DNA from: a virus
Lineage: Duplodnaviria; Heunggongvirae; Uroviricota; Caudoviricetes
Direction: 5' to 3' (one strand)
Virus record (IMG/VR): IMGVR_UViG_3300031555_002904
Length of the DNA: 64,000 nucleotides
This document shows, piece after piece, positions 19,580 through 29,130 of this stretch. Numbering within the stretch: position 1 is the first letter of the stretch; each line of letters starts with the position of its first letter. The notes below the pieces were generated by a model, which saw nothing but the letters and a program-made list of their open reading frames with translations, did not search any database and was not told where the DNA came from. A program made the translations under genes and the position numbers.

Positions 19580-20056
19580 ATGGAACATAAATGCGGCCAG
19601 TGCGCCCTAAAGGCGCTAAAAGGTGGGATGTGCCCGATCTTCAATGCTGATATGAGTGAGAAAGACGGTTGTCCCTACTTCACCACTGAACTGCGGACCT
19701 GCCATATCTGCGGGTCTGTGATACTCGGCGCAGGGGTTCTTGAAGCCGATGGAGATATCTGGCATGAAATGTGTCAGAAATGCGCTGCTGCATCACCCTG
19801 CAATGTATGTCAGCGCAAAGAGTGCAGATTCAATAACGATCAATCCTGCACCGAGCCGCCTTACGTAATGGTTCAACAAAGGCAAGGTAATGCAATTATT
19901 CAAACGCAAGCACTGAACCCCAAGCGCGTTGAAGCCACCTGCGCGCAAGGTTGTCCCTGTTACAATCCAGAGGGTCTGGAAGATGGATTCTTCTGTTTGA
20001 GTACAGTGGGATGTGGCTGTAAAAACTATAAAACAAATTGGAGGAACACGAAATGA
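19580..20056 (+). CDS. Cys-rich (multi-Zn-finger) protein
   Basis: multiple CxxC pairs. Confidence 0.65.
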   Translation: MEHKCGQCALKALKGGMCPIFNADMSEKDGCPYFTTELRTCHICGSVILGAGVLEADGDIWHEMCQKCAAASPCNVCQRKECRFNNDQSCTEPPYVMVQQRQGNAIIQTQALNPKRVEATCAQGCPCYNPEGLEDGFFCLSTVGCGCKNYKTNWRNTK

Positions 20057-20466
20057 TTTTGATTACTGTACTTTTGATCGCACTCATTCTGACCGCCGCA
20101 GCCATCATCGTCCCCGCACTGTTCCATTACAGATCTAAGTGGCTGCACTGTGCTGTATGCGTTGGCTTGGCTATCTGCATTGTCTTCGGTGCGAGCTGCG
20201 TATGCGTTGGTAATGGTGCTCGTAATGACGCCGCTTGGCTGAAGAATGAGTCTGCTGACATCCAACTTTATTACAATACCATCGTATATTCTGATAACGA
20301 ATATGTGCGCTATGACTTCTACGACAGGGTAAAAGAATACAACCATTTCTATGCAGCCTACCAGGAAGCCATTGAGAATCCTTGGACCAGTTGGCTGTAT
20401 GATGAAACTGTATTGACTGAGTGCGCGCCCATCGACTTCACGCTGCATACCGGCACATATGGCTAA
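20053..20466 (+). CDS. membrane protein
   Basis: two N-terminal TM segments; GGAGG RBS. Confidence 0.65.
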   Translation: MILITVLLIALILTAAAIIVPALFHYRSKWLHCAVCVGLAICIVFGASCVCVGNGARNDAAWLKNESADIQLYYNTIVYSDNEYVRYDFYDRVKEYNHFYAAYQEAIENPWTSWLYDETVLTECAPIDFTLHTGTYG

Positions 20467-20618
20467 GGTAACAGCACCCTGTCAATATTGCGGCAGCTGC
20501 TCCATATGGCTGGCCGCATTTGAAGAGGGCTCTGGCCTCGACACAATGGAGCAGGTTGTCGAGGCCTGCAAGAAATATATGAATTGCCCTTATGTGGGCA
20601 CAGAAATGGAGATTCCCG

Positions 20619-21011
20619 ATGCTGAAGAGACTGTATAAAATCTACGCAGGTTTGAATGGCTCCTTCGGTGGCGCCATCTTCCAAGGCGTATATGAATTCG
20701 CCAGCCAAAAGGAAGCAGATAAATTTGCGTATGATTTGGCGGTCGAGGAGTATGAGTCCTATGGTGGCAATCATGGATTGCTGGATTGGGATGGTGTTTA
20801 TGAGGACCTGTTGGAATCTGAGTGGATTGAGCCTGGCGCTCAAAGTGAAGCTGAAATCGAGGGCATTGTTGATGATGCCTATATCGAACAAATGGAAGGT
20901 TGGCTAGAATACAAAGCAGTACCTATACCATTTGGGCGAATGTGCGACTCAGATTGTGATGAAGACGATGCTTATGATGACGATGACGCTGACTGTTATA
21001 CCGATGACTAA
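20619..21011 (+). CDS. hypothetical acidic protein
   Basis: GGAG RBS. Confidence 0.6.
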   Translation: MLKRLYKIYAGLNGSFGGAIFQGVYEFASQKEADKFAYDLAVEEYESYGGNHGLLDWDGVYEDLLESEWIEPGAQSEAEIEGIVDDAYIEQMEGWLEYKAVPIPFGRMCDSDCDEDDAYDDDDADCYTDD

Positions 21012-21172
21012 ACATTGAATCACTCCTTTCTACATATATTATAACAAAATAAATCAGAAAAATCAAGTCATCGCGGCGACTGATCGACCGAGCCTCCTAG
21101 TCCCTAGGAGGCTTCTTTGATTTTTATAAAAAAATATGATATAATATATATAGAAAGTGAGAGAGAAAGGAA

Positions 21173-21376
21173 ATGAGAAATATGGATAAAGTCGAGATTA
21201 TGCGTAAAGCCTTTCTCAAGACATGTAAATACCTGCGAGAACATCCACCTGCTGATGCTGGCTGGGATGGAGATATGGATATTATTGCTCTGTTAGTTGA
21301 TGCCAAGAGCGATCCCGATGGAAAGCGCTGGATGAGCTACTTTTTAAGAGAAGCTATGAAAGAGGAGGAAGAATAA
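21173..21376 (+). CDS. hypothetical protein
   Basis: first gene after promoter. Confidence 0.6.
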   Translation: MRNMDKVEIMRKAFLKTCKYLREHPPADAGWDGDMDIIALLVDAKSDPDGKRWMSYFLREAMKEEEE

Positions 21377-21726
21377 TGGTATCTGTCAAACTGAAAAATA
21401 TTACCTATATCGACACTGAAGATGTGGATCAGCTGATTGCGCCGGCCCGTTGGAACGACTGTGAGTTCGCACAGATGGCTGAGAATGACAGCTATGTGCG
21501 TCTGGACTGCTCTGACTATGGCCTGGAAGAGCTGTATGAGTATCTGGACTGGGAGGTTCGCAAGGGCAATGAACCTCGTCCCGAGGATTATGATGATCCC
21601 GAAGAATACGAATGGAAGGCTAAGCATTGTTACGCCGCTCGTTTGCGGAATCAGATCAAGCTGGTTGAGCGTCTGCGGAAAGAATATGGTATCCGCTACG
21701 AAATCCTAGTCTGGGTCAGCTGGTAA
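21376..21726 (+). CDS. hypothetical protein
   Basis: coupled; GGAGG RBS. Confidence 0.65.
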   Translation: MVSVKLKNITYIDTEDVDQLIAPARWNDCEFAQMAENDSYVRLDCSDYGLEELYEYLDWEVRKGNEPRPEDYDDPEEYEWKAKHCYAARLRNQIKLVERLRKEYGIRYEILVWVSW

Positions 21727-21735
21727 GGAGGATAT

Positions 21736-22014
21736 ATGGATATCTATGAGGCTTTGGAAAAGCTCGACGGTTTTTTCGATGCACTTGCTAATTATGGCGA
21801 GTGTAGTGATGAGGACCTGGAGCTAATGGGCGAAATTGAAGATGTTATCTATCAGTTCGCCAAAAAGTATGAGCCAAGACCAGAAGATCTACCTATGGAG
21901 TACACTTGTGATTGCGGCACTCATATGACCCGCAATCGTATTACTGATAGTGGAGATGCAGAATTTATTTGTTCTGGATGTAATGCTATCTGGTATTTGG
22001 GACCATCTTTCTAA
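21736..22014 (+). CDS. hypothetical Zn-ribbon protein
   Basis: CDCG...CSGC. Confidence 0.6.
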   Translation: MDIYEALEKLDGFFDALANYGECSDEDLELMGEIEDVIYQFAKKYEPRPEDLPMEYTCDCGTHMTRNRITDSGDAEFICSGCNAIWYLGPSF

Positions 22015-22025
22015 GGAGGCAGTTT

Positions 22026-22298
22026 ATGAAATATACAATGATGCCAGTGGTTTCGCTGGCAACTTTGGTTGAAGAGCTGAAACTTCAATATGACATTGAT
22101 GTTGGCTTCAAGCAGCTCAGAAATATTCTGTGGTATGAACCGCCTGGTAATGATTGCCACAAAGAATACTTCTATGGTGACGGTCCGATAGTTGCGGACT
22201 CCGAGGATCCCGATCGTACCATCGAAAACTGTGTCATCACAATGCTGGAAGATTGCTTCCCCGACTGGGAGAGCATTCTCATTGATGTAACCTACTAA
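22026..22298 (+). CDS. hypothetical protein
   Basis: GGAGG RBS. Confidence 0.6.
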   Translation: MKYTMMPVVSLATLVEELKLQYDIDVGFKQLRNILWYEPPGNDCHKEYFYGDGPIVADSEDPDRTIENCVITMLEDCFPDWESILIDVTY

Positions 22299-22308
22299 GG
22301 AGGTTTCT

Positions 22309-22725
22309 ATGGTAAAATTATTTTTCCGCAATCTACTGTATATTCTATCTGTCTTAGGTGCGGCGTTTGGCATCTTTGCAGTGCTGGTGGGATGTCTCAA
22401 ACTCCTTGCTTTGTCTGGAACCTGGGGCGCCATTATTCTGATAATAGTAGGTATACTTCTGGTTACATATATCACTGCCCGCAAAGACTTCAACGAAGCT
22501 ATGGAAATGGAATATCAACTGTCGTGCCGTACACTCGAACAGTCTTATGACGATATGGTATGGACGCTCTCTCATAATGATGGTAAGGGCGCTGAAACTC
22601 AGATCGAATCATTCAAGAAGATCCTTGCGGAACATATAATCAAATTTACCGCCGATGACTCCTACGCCCAAGGATATAGTGAGAGATACAAAGCCTTGAC
22701 GGTGTTTTATAACCTTCCTATCTAA
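22309..22725 (+). CDS. membrane protein
   Basis: two TM segments. Confidence 0.65.
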   Translation: MVKLFFRNLLYILSVLGAAFGIFAVLVGCLKLLALSGTWGAIILIIVGILLVTYITARKDFNEAMEMEYQLSCRTLEQSYDDMVWTLSHNDGKGAETQIESFKKILAEHIIKFTADDSYAQGYSERYKALTVFYNLPI

Positions 22726-22816
22726 CGACAGGAAGGTTTTTTGATTTTTATAAAAAAATATGATATAATATATATGTAAGGTAAAGAGAAAAGAAAAAAC
22801 GGAATGGAGTGTTGAT

Positions 22817-23275
22817 ATGAGTACGAATGTTATCATTATGGGAGATATTCCTAAGAGTGGCTATGTCGCTATCGCCTGCGGACAGGGTTCCGCTCTCTCT
22901 GACGCGGTCAAAGAAGCAGTAGAGAAGTGTTTTGCTCCTAAAGAGAGCGACGAGCCGGAATCCTCCACTCCGGTCAAATATTATCGCGTTACTGCCTATA
23001 CTCCTTACTGCGGCGAGCATCTGGAAGACTTCATTGCCACCAGTAGTAAAGATGAACTGGAAGCCTTCAAGCAGAACCTCATTGAGGACTGCGCGGCTGA
23101 GTGGGAACCCTGTTGGGTGGACTACGAAGAAGAGGGCTATGAATCTGAGGACGAGTGGCAGGAAGCTTATTATGGCGGCTGCGGTGCTACCGTTGAAGAA
23201 ATTTCCGAGGCTGAATACAAGGAAGAAACTAAACCTCGATGGCCATATGAACTGGTGAAAAAGGAGGCAGACTAA
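22817..23275 (+). CDS. hypothetical acidic protein
   Basis: ORF after promoter. Confidence 0.65.
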   Translation: MSTNVIIMGDIPKSGYVAIACGQGSALSDAVKEAVEKCFAPKESDEPESSTPVKYYRVTAYTPYCGEHLEDFIATSSKDELEAFKQNLIEDCAAEWEPCWVDYEEEGYESEDEWQEAYYGGCGATVEEISEAEYKEETKPRWPYELVKKEAD

Positions 23276-23571
23276 TGCCGAAATATGAAAAAACTGCCAA
23301 GGATAAAGCATGGGATCGCGAGCGCACTCGCTTACAAAGCGAAGTTCAAAACTGGATTGGCAAGTGTGCTGAAAAAGAAATTACTATCCAAGAGCAGAAG
23401 CGTCAAAATCTGGTTCTGGCAAATCGAGTCCATGAGCTGGAAGAGGTTATTACAAAGCTCACTGACGGTAAAATGACTCCCGATGAAGCTATTGCAAATT
23501 TGCGGTCTGCCGCTAAAATCGGCGAGATGGCCAGCTTCATTATGGGATGGGAGAGAGGGGGTTATTTCTAA
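23275..23571 (+). CDS. hypothetical coiled-coil protein
   Basis: coupled. Confidence 0.6.
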   Translation: MPKYEKTAKDKAWDRERTRLQSEVQNWIGKCAEKEITIQEQKRQNLVLANRVHELEEVITKLTDGKMTPDEAIANLRSAAKIGEMASFIMGWERGGYF

Positions 23572-23837
23572 TGAGTAGATATGCTTTTATCCCCGATGTG
23601 TTCTATGTAATCTGCGTCTGGGACGACGAGGGTATAAATTTTGAAACCATTGATGCAACAATCAATGAAGAGGTCGCCCAGGAGCAAGTAATGGCATACG
23701 CCTTTGAAGATGCCTATGAGAGCGCAATGGAAACATTACAATCTCGTAATATGACTCTGGCAAAGATCAAATATCAAGTGCGGCTAGAGTGCCCGCGCTA
23801 CTTCTATAAGAAAGTTGATTTGAGAAAGGAAAAGTAA
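23571..23837 (+). CDS. hypothetical protein
   Basis: coupled. Confidence 0.55.
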   Translation: MSRYAFIPDVFYVICVWDDEGINFETIDATINEEVAQEQVMAYAFEDAYESAMETLQSRNMTLAKIKYQVRLECPRYFYKKVDLRKEK

Positions 23838-23838
23838 T

Positions 23839-24366
23839 ATGCTGTTTGTAATTATTCCCGCAATCGTATTCTTCGCAGTATTCCTGGGTATTGGCATCTC
23901 TGAAGGTGAATGGGGCTATGGTTTCCTGTTTGGTCTGTTGGGTGGTGCGGTTGCGGCTTTGGTCGTTTTGTTAGCCAGTATGTGCTTCGTTGGCGCGCCC
24001 GCTGGTGTAATTGATACTGAGACTCATGAAATTCACGCCCTAGTTGACAATATGCAGTTTGAGGGCAAGGTTTCCGGTAGTGTATTCCTGGTTCAGAGTC
24101 GCGTTGATGAAGAGCTAAAGTACAACTATATGTATAATGTTGAGGGCAAAGGTTTTGGATTCAAGAGTGCTAAGGCGACTTCCTGCTATTTGAATTATTT
24201 GGAAGATCCTGCGGCCACCCCCTATGTAAAGATTTTGCACTATGACTGGGAGAGCCCGATCCTACGCTGGTGTTTTGGCGAGGGTTGGCTTACTAAGACA
24301 GAATATGTGTTTTATCTGCCCGAGGGCGCCAATATCATTGATGACTTTACCATTGATTTTCAGTAA
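23839..24366 (+). CDS. membrane-anchored protein
   Basis: two N-terminal TM segments. Confidence 0.65.
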   Translation: MLFVIIPAIVFFAVFLGIGISEGEWGYGFLFGLLGGAVAALVVLLASMCFVGAPAGVIDTETHEIHALVDNMQFEGKVSGSVFLVQSRVDEELKYNYMYNVEGKGFGFKSAKATSCYLNYLEDPAATPYVKILHYDWESPILRWCFGEGWLTKTEYVFYLPEGANIIDDFTIDFQ

Positions 24367-24375
24367 GGAGGATAT

Positions 24376-24567
24376 ATGCTAAAATACTTCTTAAAAGTAT
24401 TCGGCATTATGGTTGCGATTCTCGCTGGGTTGGGAGTAGCAATTTTTGGCACAATCCTATCATTTGCCATCAATGTTGCACTCGGCATAGTCGTTTTGAT
24501 TGTCGTAATCGCTGCAATAATTGCAATCATAGTTACCGTTATCGAATTTAGTTCCCCATGGGATTGA
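24376..24567 (+). CDS. small membrane protein
   Basis: almost entirely hydrophobic. Confidence 0.6.
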   Translation: MLKYFLKVFGIMVAILAGLGVAIFGTILSFAINVALGIVVLIVVIAAIIAIIVTVIEFSSPWD

Positions 24568-24658
24568 AGATAGAAGCCTCTCTGTTTAGCGCAGAGAGGC
24601 TTCTTTGATTTTTATAAAAAAATATGATATAATATATATAGAAAGTAAAGGAAAGGAA

Positions 24659-24859
24659 ATGATAGGTATGACACGAGAGAAGGCGAACATCGTCGCAAGA
24701 ACTCTGCAAGATATTGACGATTTTGAGTTGTTTATGGATGAGATCGAGAAAGTTATCGTCAACTTTGAGGGCGATGTCAATTTCTTCTATGAGAAGCAGA
24801 TGTTACCTGCGATGCAGGCGGAATTAGCTCGTCGTAAAAGCGTATTGGAGGGACTGTAA
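24659..24859 (+). CDS. hypothetical protein
   Basis: after promoter and AAGGA RBS. Confidence 0.55.
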   Translation: MIGMTREKANIVARTLQDIDDFELFMDEIEKVIVNFEGDVNFFYEKQMLPAMQAELARRKSVLEGL

Positions 24860-24860
24860 T

Positions 24861-25076
24861 ATGATCGGAACAAAAGATGGACGCCAGAGAGGTGAAACCG
24901 CATACTGCTCTGTAACTTATTTGTGGAGCTTTACTCGTGCGGATCTCGGTCTGCCGGACGACGCAACGAATGAAGAATTGGAAGCTGCTGCTGAAGCGAA
25001 GATGGAAGAGATCACCGACCATATCACTCATATGGCCGATATTTATCATAACGACCTGGAAATCTCTGTTGCATAA
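24861..25076 (+). CDS. hypothetical protein
   Basis: GGAGG RBS. Confidence 0.55.
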   Translation: MIGTKDGRQRGETAYCSVTYLWSFTRADLGLPDDATNEELEAAAEAKMEEITDHITHMADIYHNDLEISVA

Positions 25077-25090
25077 GGAGAGGTATAGCT

Positions 25091-25363
25091 ATGCCTATTA
25101 TGTATGTTTTATGCGAAATCGACTACGATGATTCGTGGTATGATTTCATTATGGCAAGCCCTGATTTGGGCTTACTGCAAGATATTTGCCTGGCTCTTTT
25201 CCAAGAGCAAGATTATGAGAGTTATTTGAATGATGTTTTTTATTACGGTTTCAGTAATGAAGATGGCATCTATCATATCTCTCCCGCAGACTGTAATTAT
25301 TTCATCAAGGAGGTGCCGTTAGTTGGTTGCGAAATCGTATCAAAAGCTGAAAATGTTGTCTGA
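25091..25363 (+). CDS. hypothetical protein
   Basis: GAGGT RBS. Confidence 0.55.
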   Translation: MPIMYVLCEIDYDDSWYDFIMASPDLGLLQDICLALFQEQDYESYLNDVFYYGFSNEDGIYHISPADCNYFIKEVPLVGCEIVSKAENVV

Positions 25364-26039
25364 TGAACCCTATGCCAAGGCTAACGGTAAGCTCTATGTC
25401 AAGGTTCTGATGAAAGGCGGCAGCGAGCGAGAAGTTCGCTGGTATAATGCCGAAGAATATGCAAAAATGTATCCCGGTGAATTCGTTGAACCCGAAATGT
25501 TCGTCAATCAGAAGAATATTCTCGGTTTCCAGGAGGGATACATAACTATCTTCAAAGGCAACCAAGAGGAACATGAAGACTGGTTCGGTCGCTCCATCGC
25601 AAGATATTGCCGCCATTGGGGTTGGTATGTAGTATCTGAGGATACTATCCCATTTGATTTACCTGCTGGATTAGAGCCAGTAGAGTTGAAGTGGGAAATG
25701 GTTGGTTGCGGTACCACTCTGAAAAATGATGAGGAAGTGCGGGCGGCGGTAAGTTCGCTGCTATATGGCACGCATCCAAGTGTTTTCCAGGGTCATATCG
25801 GCGATCGTCTCGAGCTGAAAATCACAGTTATCAAGTCTCATCAAACTGAAAATCATTTCGGTAAGACTGCCCATCATATCTTTGAAGATGCCAATGGTAA
25901 TCATTATGCATGGGATACCGGCGCCAAGTTCTGGGCTGAGGGTTCCATTAAGACTATCCGTGGTTCTGTCAAGGAACATAAAATCATCAACAATATTCAA
26001 ACCACTGTGCTTACACGGTGTTTGGAGCAAATGAAATAA
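25323..26039 (+). CDS. protein with C-terminal OB-fold-like domain
   Basis: FQGHIGDRLELKITV...FEDANGNHYAWDT...IRGSVKEH...TVLTRC. Confidence 0.55.
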   Translation: MVAKSYQKLKMLSDEPYAKANGKLYVKVLMKGGSEREVRWYNAEEYAKMYPGEFVEPEMFVNQKNILGFQEGYITIFKGNQEEHEDWFGRSIARYCRHWGWYVVSEDTIPFDLPAGLEPVELKWEMVGCGTTLKNDEEVRAAVSSLLYGTHPSVFQGHIGDRLELKITVIKSHQTENHFGKTAHHIFEDANGNHYAWDTGAKFWAEGSIKTIRGSVKEHKIINNIQTTVLTRCLEQMK

Positions 26040-26051
26040 TGGAGGAAAAAT

Positions 26052-26738
26052 ATGAAACGACTTTATGCAATTCTGTTAGCTTTGGCTCTGCTTCTGTCCC
26101 TGTGTGCGTGCGGCGCCCCTTATCCGAGCGGTGGTATGAATGTTGCCACAACTGATGAAAATGGTGAACCCATCAAGATTTCATATGTCGCCGAGTTTTA
26201 TGATAACTACGGCGCTCAGTGGCTCTCTGTTGAGGGTACTAGCTTCAATATCGAACCGAACAAGGTCAAGGAATACGCATATGACAGTGATGGTTCCTGG
26301 GTTTCCAAGTGGACGACTTCTTCGGTTATGTCTATTACCATTGACGACCAGCATATTGAGTCCTGTGGTTCTACCGTATTGTTCTATGATACCCGTCTGA
26401 CACCGCTGGAAATTGATATTCCAAAGGAAATTACATCTTCTACCGGTGATTCTGCTACTATTGAAACACCCTATGATGGCTATAGCTGGTCCAATGATCG
26501 CTGGGGTTTGATGTATTGGTATTGGCAGACTGAGAAACAGGCAAATACTACTCCGGCATCTAGAGTTGTGGTTATTCAGTCTCAGAATGGCGATCCGATT
26601 TGTATGTTTGCCGGCGAGGAAGTTACCTGGTCGGTATCTCGTAACTTACCTAAAACCACCGAATTGATGATTGATGGTAAGGTTATATATATCCACAGAT
26701 CCAATTTCTCTATCATAGATACATCTATCCTCAAATAA
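26052..26738 (+). CDS. lipoprotein (DUF5052-like)
   Basis: signal peptide with lipobox LCAC; VVVIQSQNGDPICMFAG..LPKTTEL.IDGK. Confidence 0.6.
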   Translation: MKRLYAILLALALLLSLCACGAPYPSGGMNVATTDENGEPIKISYVAEFYDNYGAQWLSVEGTSFNIEPNKVKEYAYDSDGSWVSKWTTSSVMSITIDDQHIESCGSTVLFYDTRLTPLEIDIPKEITSSTGDSATIETPYDGYSWSNDRWGLMYWYWQTEKQANTTPASRVVVIQSQNGDPICMFAGEEVTWSVSRNLPKTTELMIDGKVIYIHRSNFSIIDTSILK

Positions 26739-26829
26739 GACAGAAGCCTCTCTGCATGGACGCAGAGAGGCTTCTTTGATTTTTATAAAAAAATATGATA
26801 TAATATATATAGAAAGTGAAAGAAAGGAA

Positions 26830-27129
26830 ATGATAAATATGAAAGTTGTTCGAGTGAAAGCAAAGGTTTCTTCTCCTAAGTTATATACTCAAGAGCAGAT
26901 GGACTCTATGTCTGCGGAGTTGGTCTCACTACGCGACCAGGTGATGGAGTTAAAGCAGAAAAATGCTAAGCTCGATACTGAGCTGGATATTGAGAGAAAA
27001 AATCATGCGCTTGTCCTTGCCGGCGTGCAGTTGTGGCAGCGAGAGTGTGAAAAGCTGCGTCAGGAAGTAAGAACTCGTGATAGTCGCATCACTCTGTTAG
27101 AACAATGTAATCGCATCTTGAAACTGTGA
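26830..27129 (+). CDS. coiled-coil hypothetical protein
   Basis: after promoter. Confidence 0.55.
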   Translation: MINMKVVRVKAKVSSPKLYTQEQMDSMSAELVSLRDQVMELKQKNAKLDTELDIERKNHALVLAGVQLWQRECEKLRQEVRTRDSRITLLEQCNRILKL

Positions 27130-27231
27130 AAGCTACTCTCCTGGCGCCATAAGACTTATTTGATTTTTATAAAAAAATATGATATAATATATATGTAAGA
27201 TAAAGAAAGAGGAAAGGACTGATACTGATTT

Positions 27232-27537
27232 ATGGAAAAGGTTCGCGTTCTTTGTATGGACGACGATAATCACGACGCCCAATTTGTAACCGAGGACTGG
27301 CATACCTACTCTAATGCCTGCTCTTTCATTACCCACCGCTTGGCTCAGCCGCATACGGACAGTTATGAAGTCCGTGGTTTTCACATTTGCGACCACGATG
27401 AGATTCCCGGCATTAGCGAAGATGATGTTATTCGTCTGTTTGATATTGCTTTGGGCTTTATCACAGTTCCCGAAAACGAATGGCGAGCTGTGTTTGAAAC
27501 TCTGTGGCAGTACAGTTCTGAGTGGTGGCACGCATGA
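27232..27537 (+). CDS. hypothetical protein
   Basis: after promoter. Confidence 0.6.
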   Translation: MEKVRVLCMDDDNHDAQFVTEDWHTYSNACSFITHRLAQPHTDSYEVRGFHICDHDEIPGISEDDVIRLFDIALGFITVPENEWRAVFETLWQYSSEWWHA

Positions 27538-27773
27538 TCGGAATTACTCCTCCCTGGTATCAAGATCCAGTAGAGCATACAGCATTCAATGCATATGCTT
27601 ATTCTCAGCAGAGAATTGAAAATTTTATCAACGCACTTGCGGCCGCCGATGATCCGAACGATATATCGGCACAGGCAGATGCTGCCTTGGCCGCCAATCT
27701 AAATATAAGTTCCCTTACTCGCGATGAGCGAGAATATGTTGAAAGAGAGGTTGCCAAAAGGTGGCGAGGATAA
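27534..27773 (+). CDS. hypothetical protein
   Basis: coupled (ATGA). Confidence 0.55.
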   Translation: MIGITPPWYQDPVEHTAFNAYAYSQQRIENFINALAAADDPNDISAQADAALAANLNISSLTRDEREYVEREVAKRWRG

Positions 27774-29014
27774 AAAAGCGTTATAGCCACGTCATCGATT
27801 ACAAAGAACTGCATGATTTGCTAACAGACTTCCAGAATCGCGTATATGAAGATAAGGCAAAGAAAATGCCTTATGCCTATTGGCGCGATATGATTAGGGC
27901 TACAGCAGATGATTGGGCTCTGTTTGAAATCGAATGGGAAAGCGATGGATATGAAACTATCATCGACATTTTCTATGACAGTAATCGAGTAGCGTGGTCG
28001 TTTAATACCGGAGACAACTCCTTTGGTGATTTCATTTATAAAAATCTACTATTTGGAGTTGAAGATGAAATGCGTCGTGAGTATCCCTCCGATTATTACA
28101 CCGACCAAGAAGGTCGTCAGTATTACGAGTACTATGATTCTCGTACTGGTAAATCTACCATCTACGAAGAACTGGCTCACAGAACTAAGTCAGAGTATGA
28201 AAGTGCACTGGCTACCAAGGCTGAGGCTTATGACCTCGAGCGTACAAATGATACCATCAGTAAGCTATGCGAGTCTGCGGCTCTCGCAGCCCCGCTGAAA
28301 AATGAAAACAACAACAATAAAACTAATAAGGAGAGTTTTGCTATGAAGTTCAATTTCGATTTCGGCCCCGTCAATTCCTCTATGGTTCGTATGTCCCTGT
28401 ATGGTCTGGCTGTGAAGAACAAGGCCGGCACCTGGGTTTCCTATGACGCCAAGGCTGGCGACATTATGGATGTCGACATCCTCAACTTCGACGGCGCCAA
28501 GTTCCTGTACAAGATGCCTGTTGCCATCAAGGATATCGCTATCGGCGATGTTGTAATCCACAATGGTATCCCCATGTTCGTCATCGCCATCGCTACCAGC
28601 GGCGCCTACATCACTGCGGTCGACCCCATCAACGGCGAGCGTAAGGACATTATGCTGCCCAAGTCTCCCTTCGGCTTCAACTTCGCTACCAAGGTTGTCA
28701 ACTTCCTGGGTAACGCCTTCAATACCAGCGCCACCGCCGAGAATCCCTTCGGCAATATGTGGATGCTGATGGCTATGTCCGGTGAGAACAAGGATATGAA
28801 TGACATTCTGCCCTTCCTGATGCTGAACAATGCCACCCCCGGCATTGACAACAATGTACTGATGTTTATGGCACTGTCCAATACCAAGGACGGCAGCAAG
28901 GATAATATCCTGCCTATGCTGATGATGCTGAACGCTCAGCATCCCGTTCCCAATGTTCCTTCCCAGGGTTGCACCTGCGGCGGTCACTGCACCGATAACC
29001 ACACCCAGGGCTAA
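27761..29014 (+). CDS. hypothetical protein (possible internal start at 28343)
   Basis: 417-aa ORF; C-terminal half has strong codon bias and its own RBS. Confidence 0.7.
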   Translation: MARIKKRYSHVIDYKELHDLLTDFQNRVYEDKAKKMPYAYWRDMIRATADDWALFEIEWESDGYETIIDIFYDSNRVAWSFNTGDNSFGDFIYKNLLFGVEDEMRREYPSDYYTDQEGRQYYEYYDSRTGKSTIYEELAHRTKSEYESALATKAEAYDLERTNDTISKLCESAALAAPLKNENNNNKTNKESFAMKFNFDFGPVNSSMVRMSLYGLAVKNKAGTWVSYDAKAGDIMDVDILNFDGAKFLYKMPVAIKDIAIGDVVIHNGIPMFVIAIATSGAYITAVDPINGERKDIMLPKSPFGFNFATKVVNFLGNAFNTSATAENPFGNMWMLMAMSGENKDMNDILPFLMLNNATPGIDNNVLMFMALSNTKDGSKDNILPMLMMLNAQHPVPNVPSQGCTCGGHCTDNHTQG

Positions 29015-29130
29015 TAACTGATCCGCAATAAGGCTCTCTTGCTGAGAGCAGAGAGCCTTATTTGATTTTTCATAAAAAATATTGTATAATATATATACAA
29101 GATATGAAAAGAATGTGAGGTAGTAGTCCA

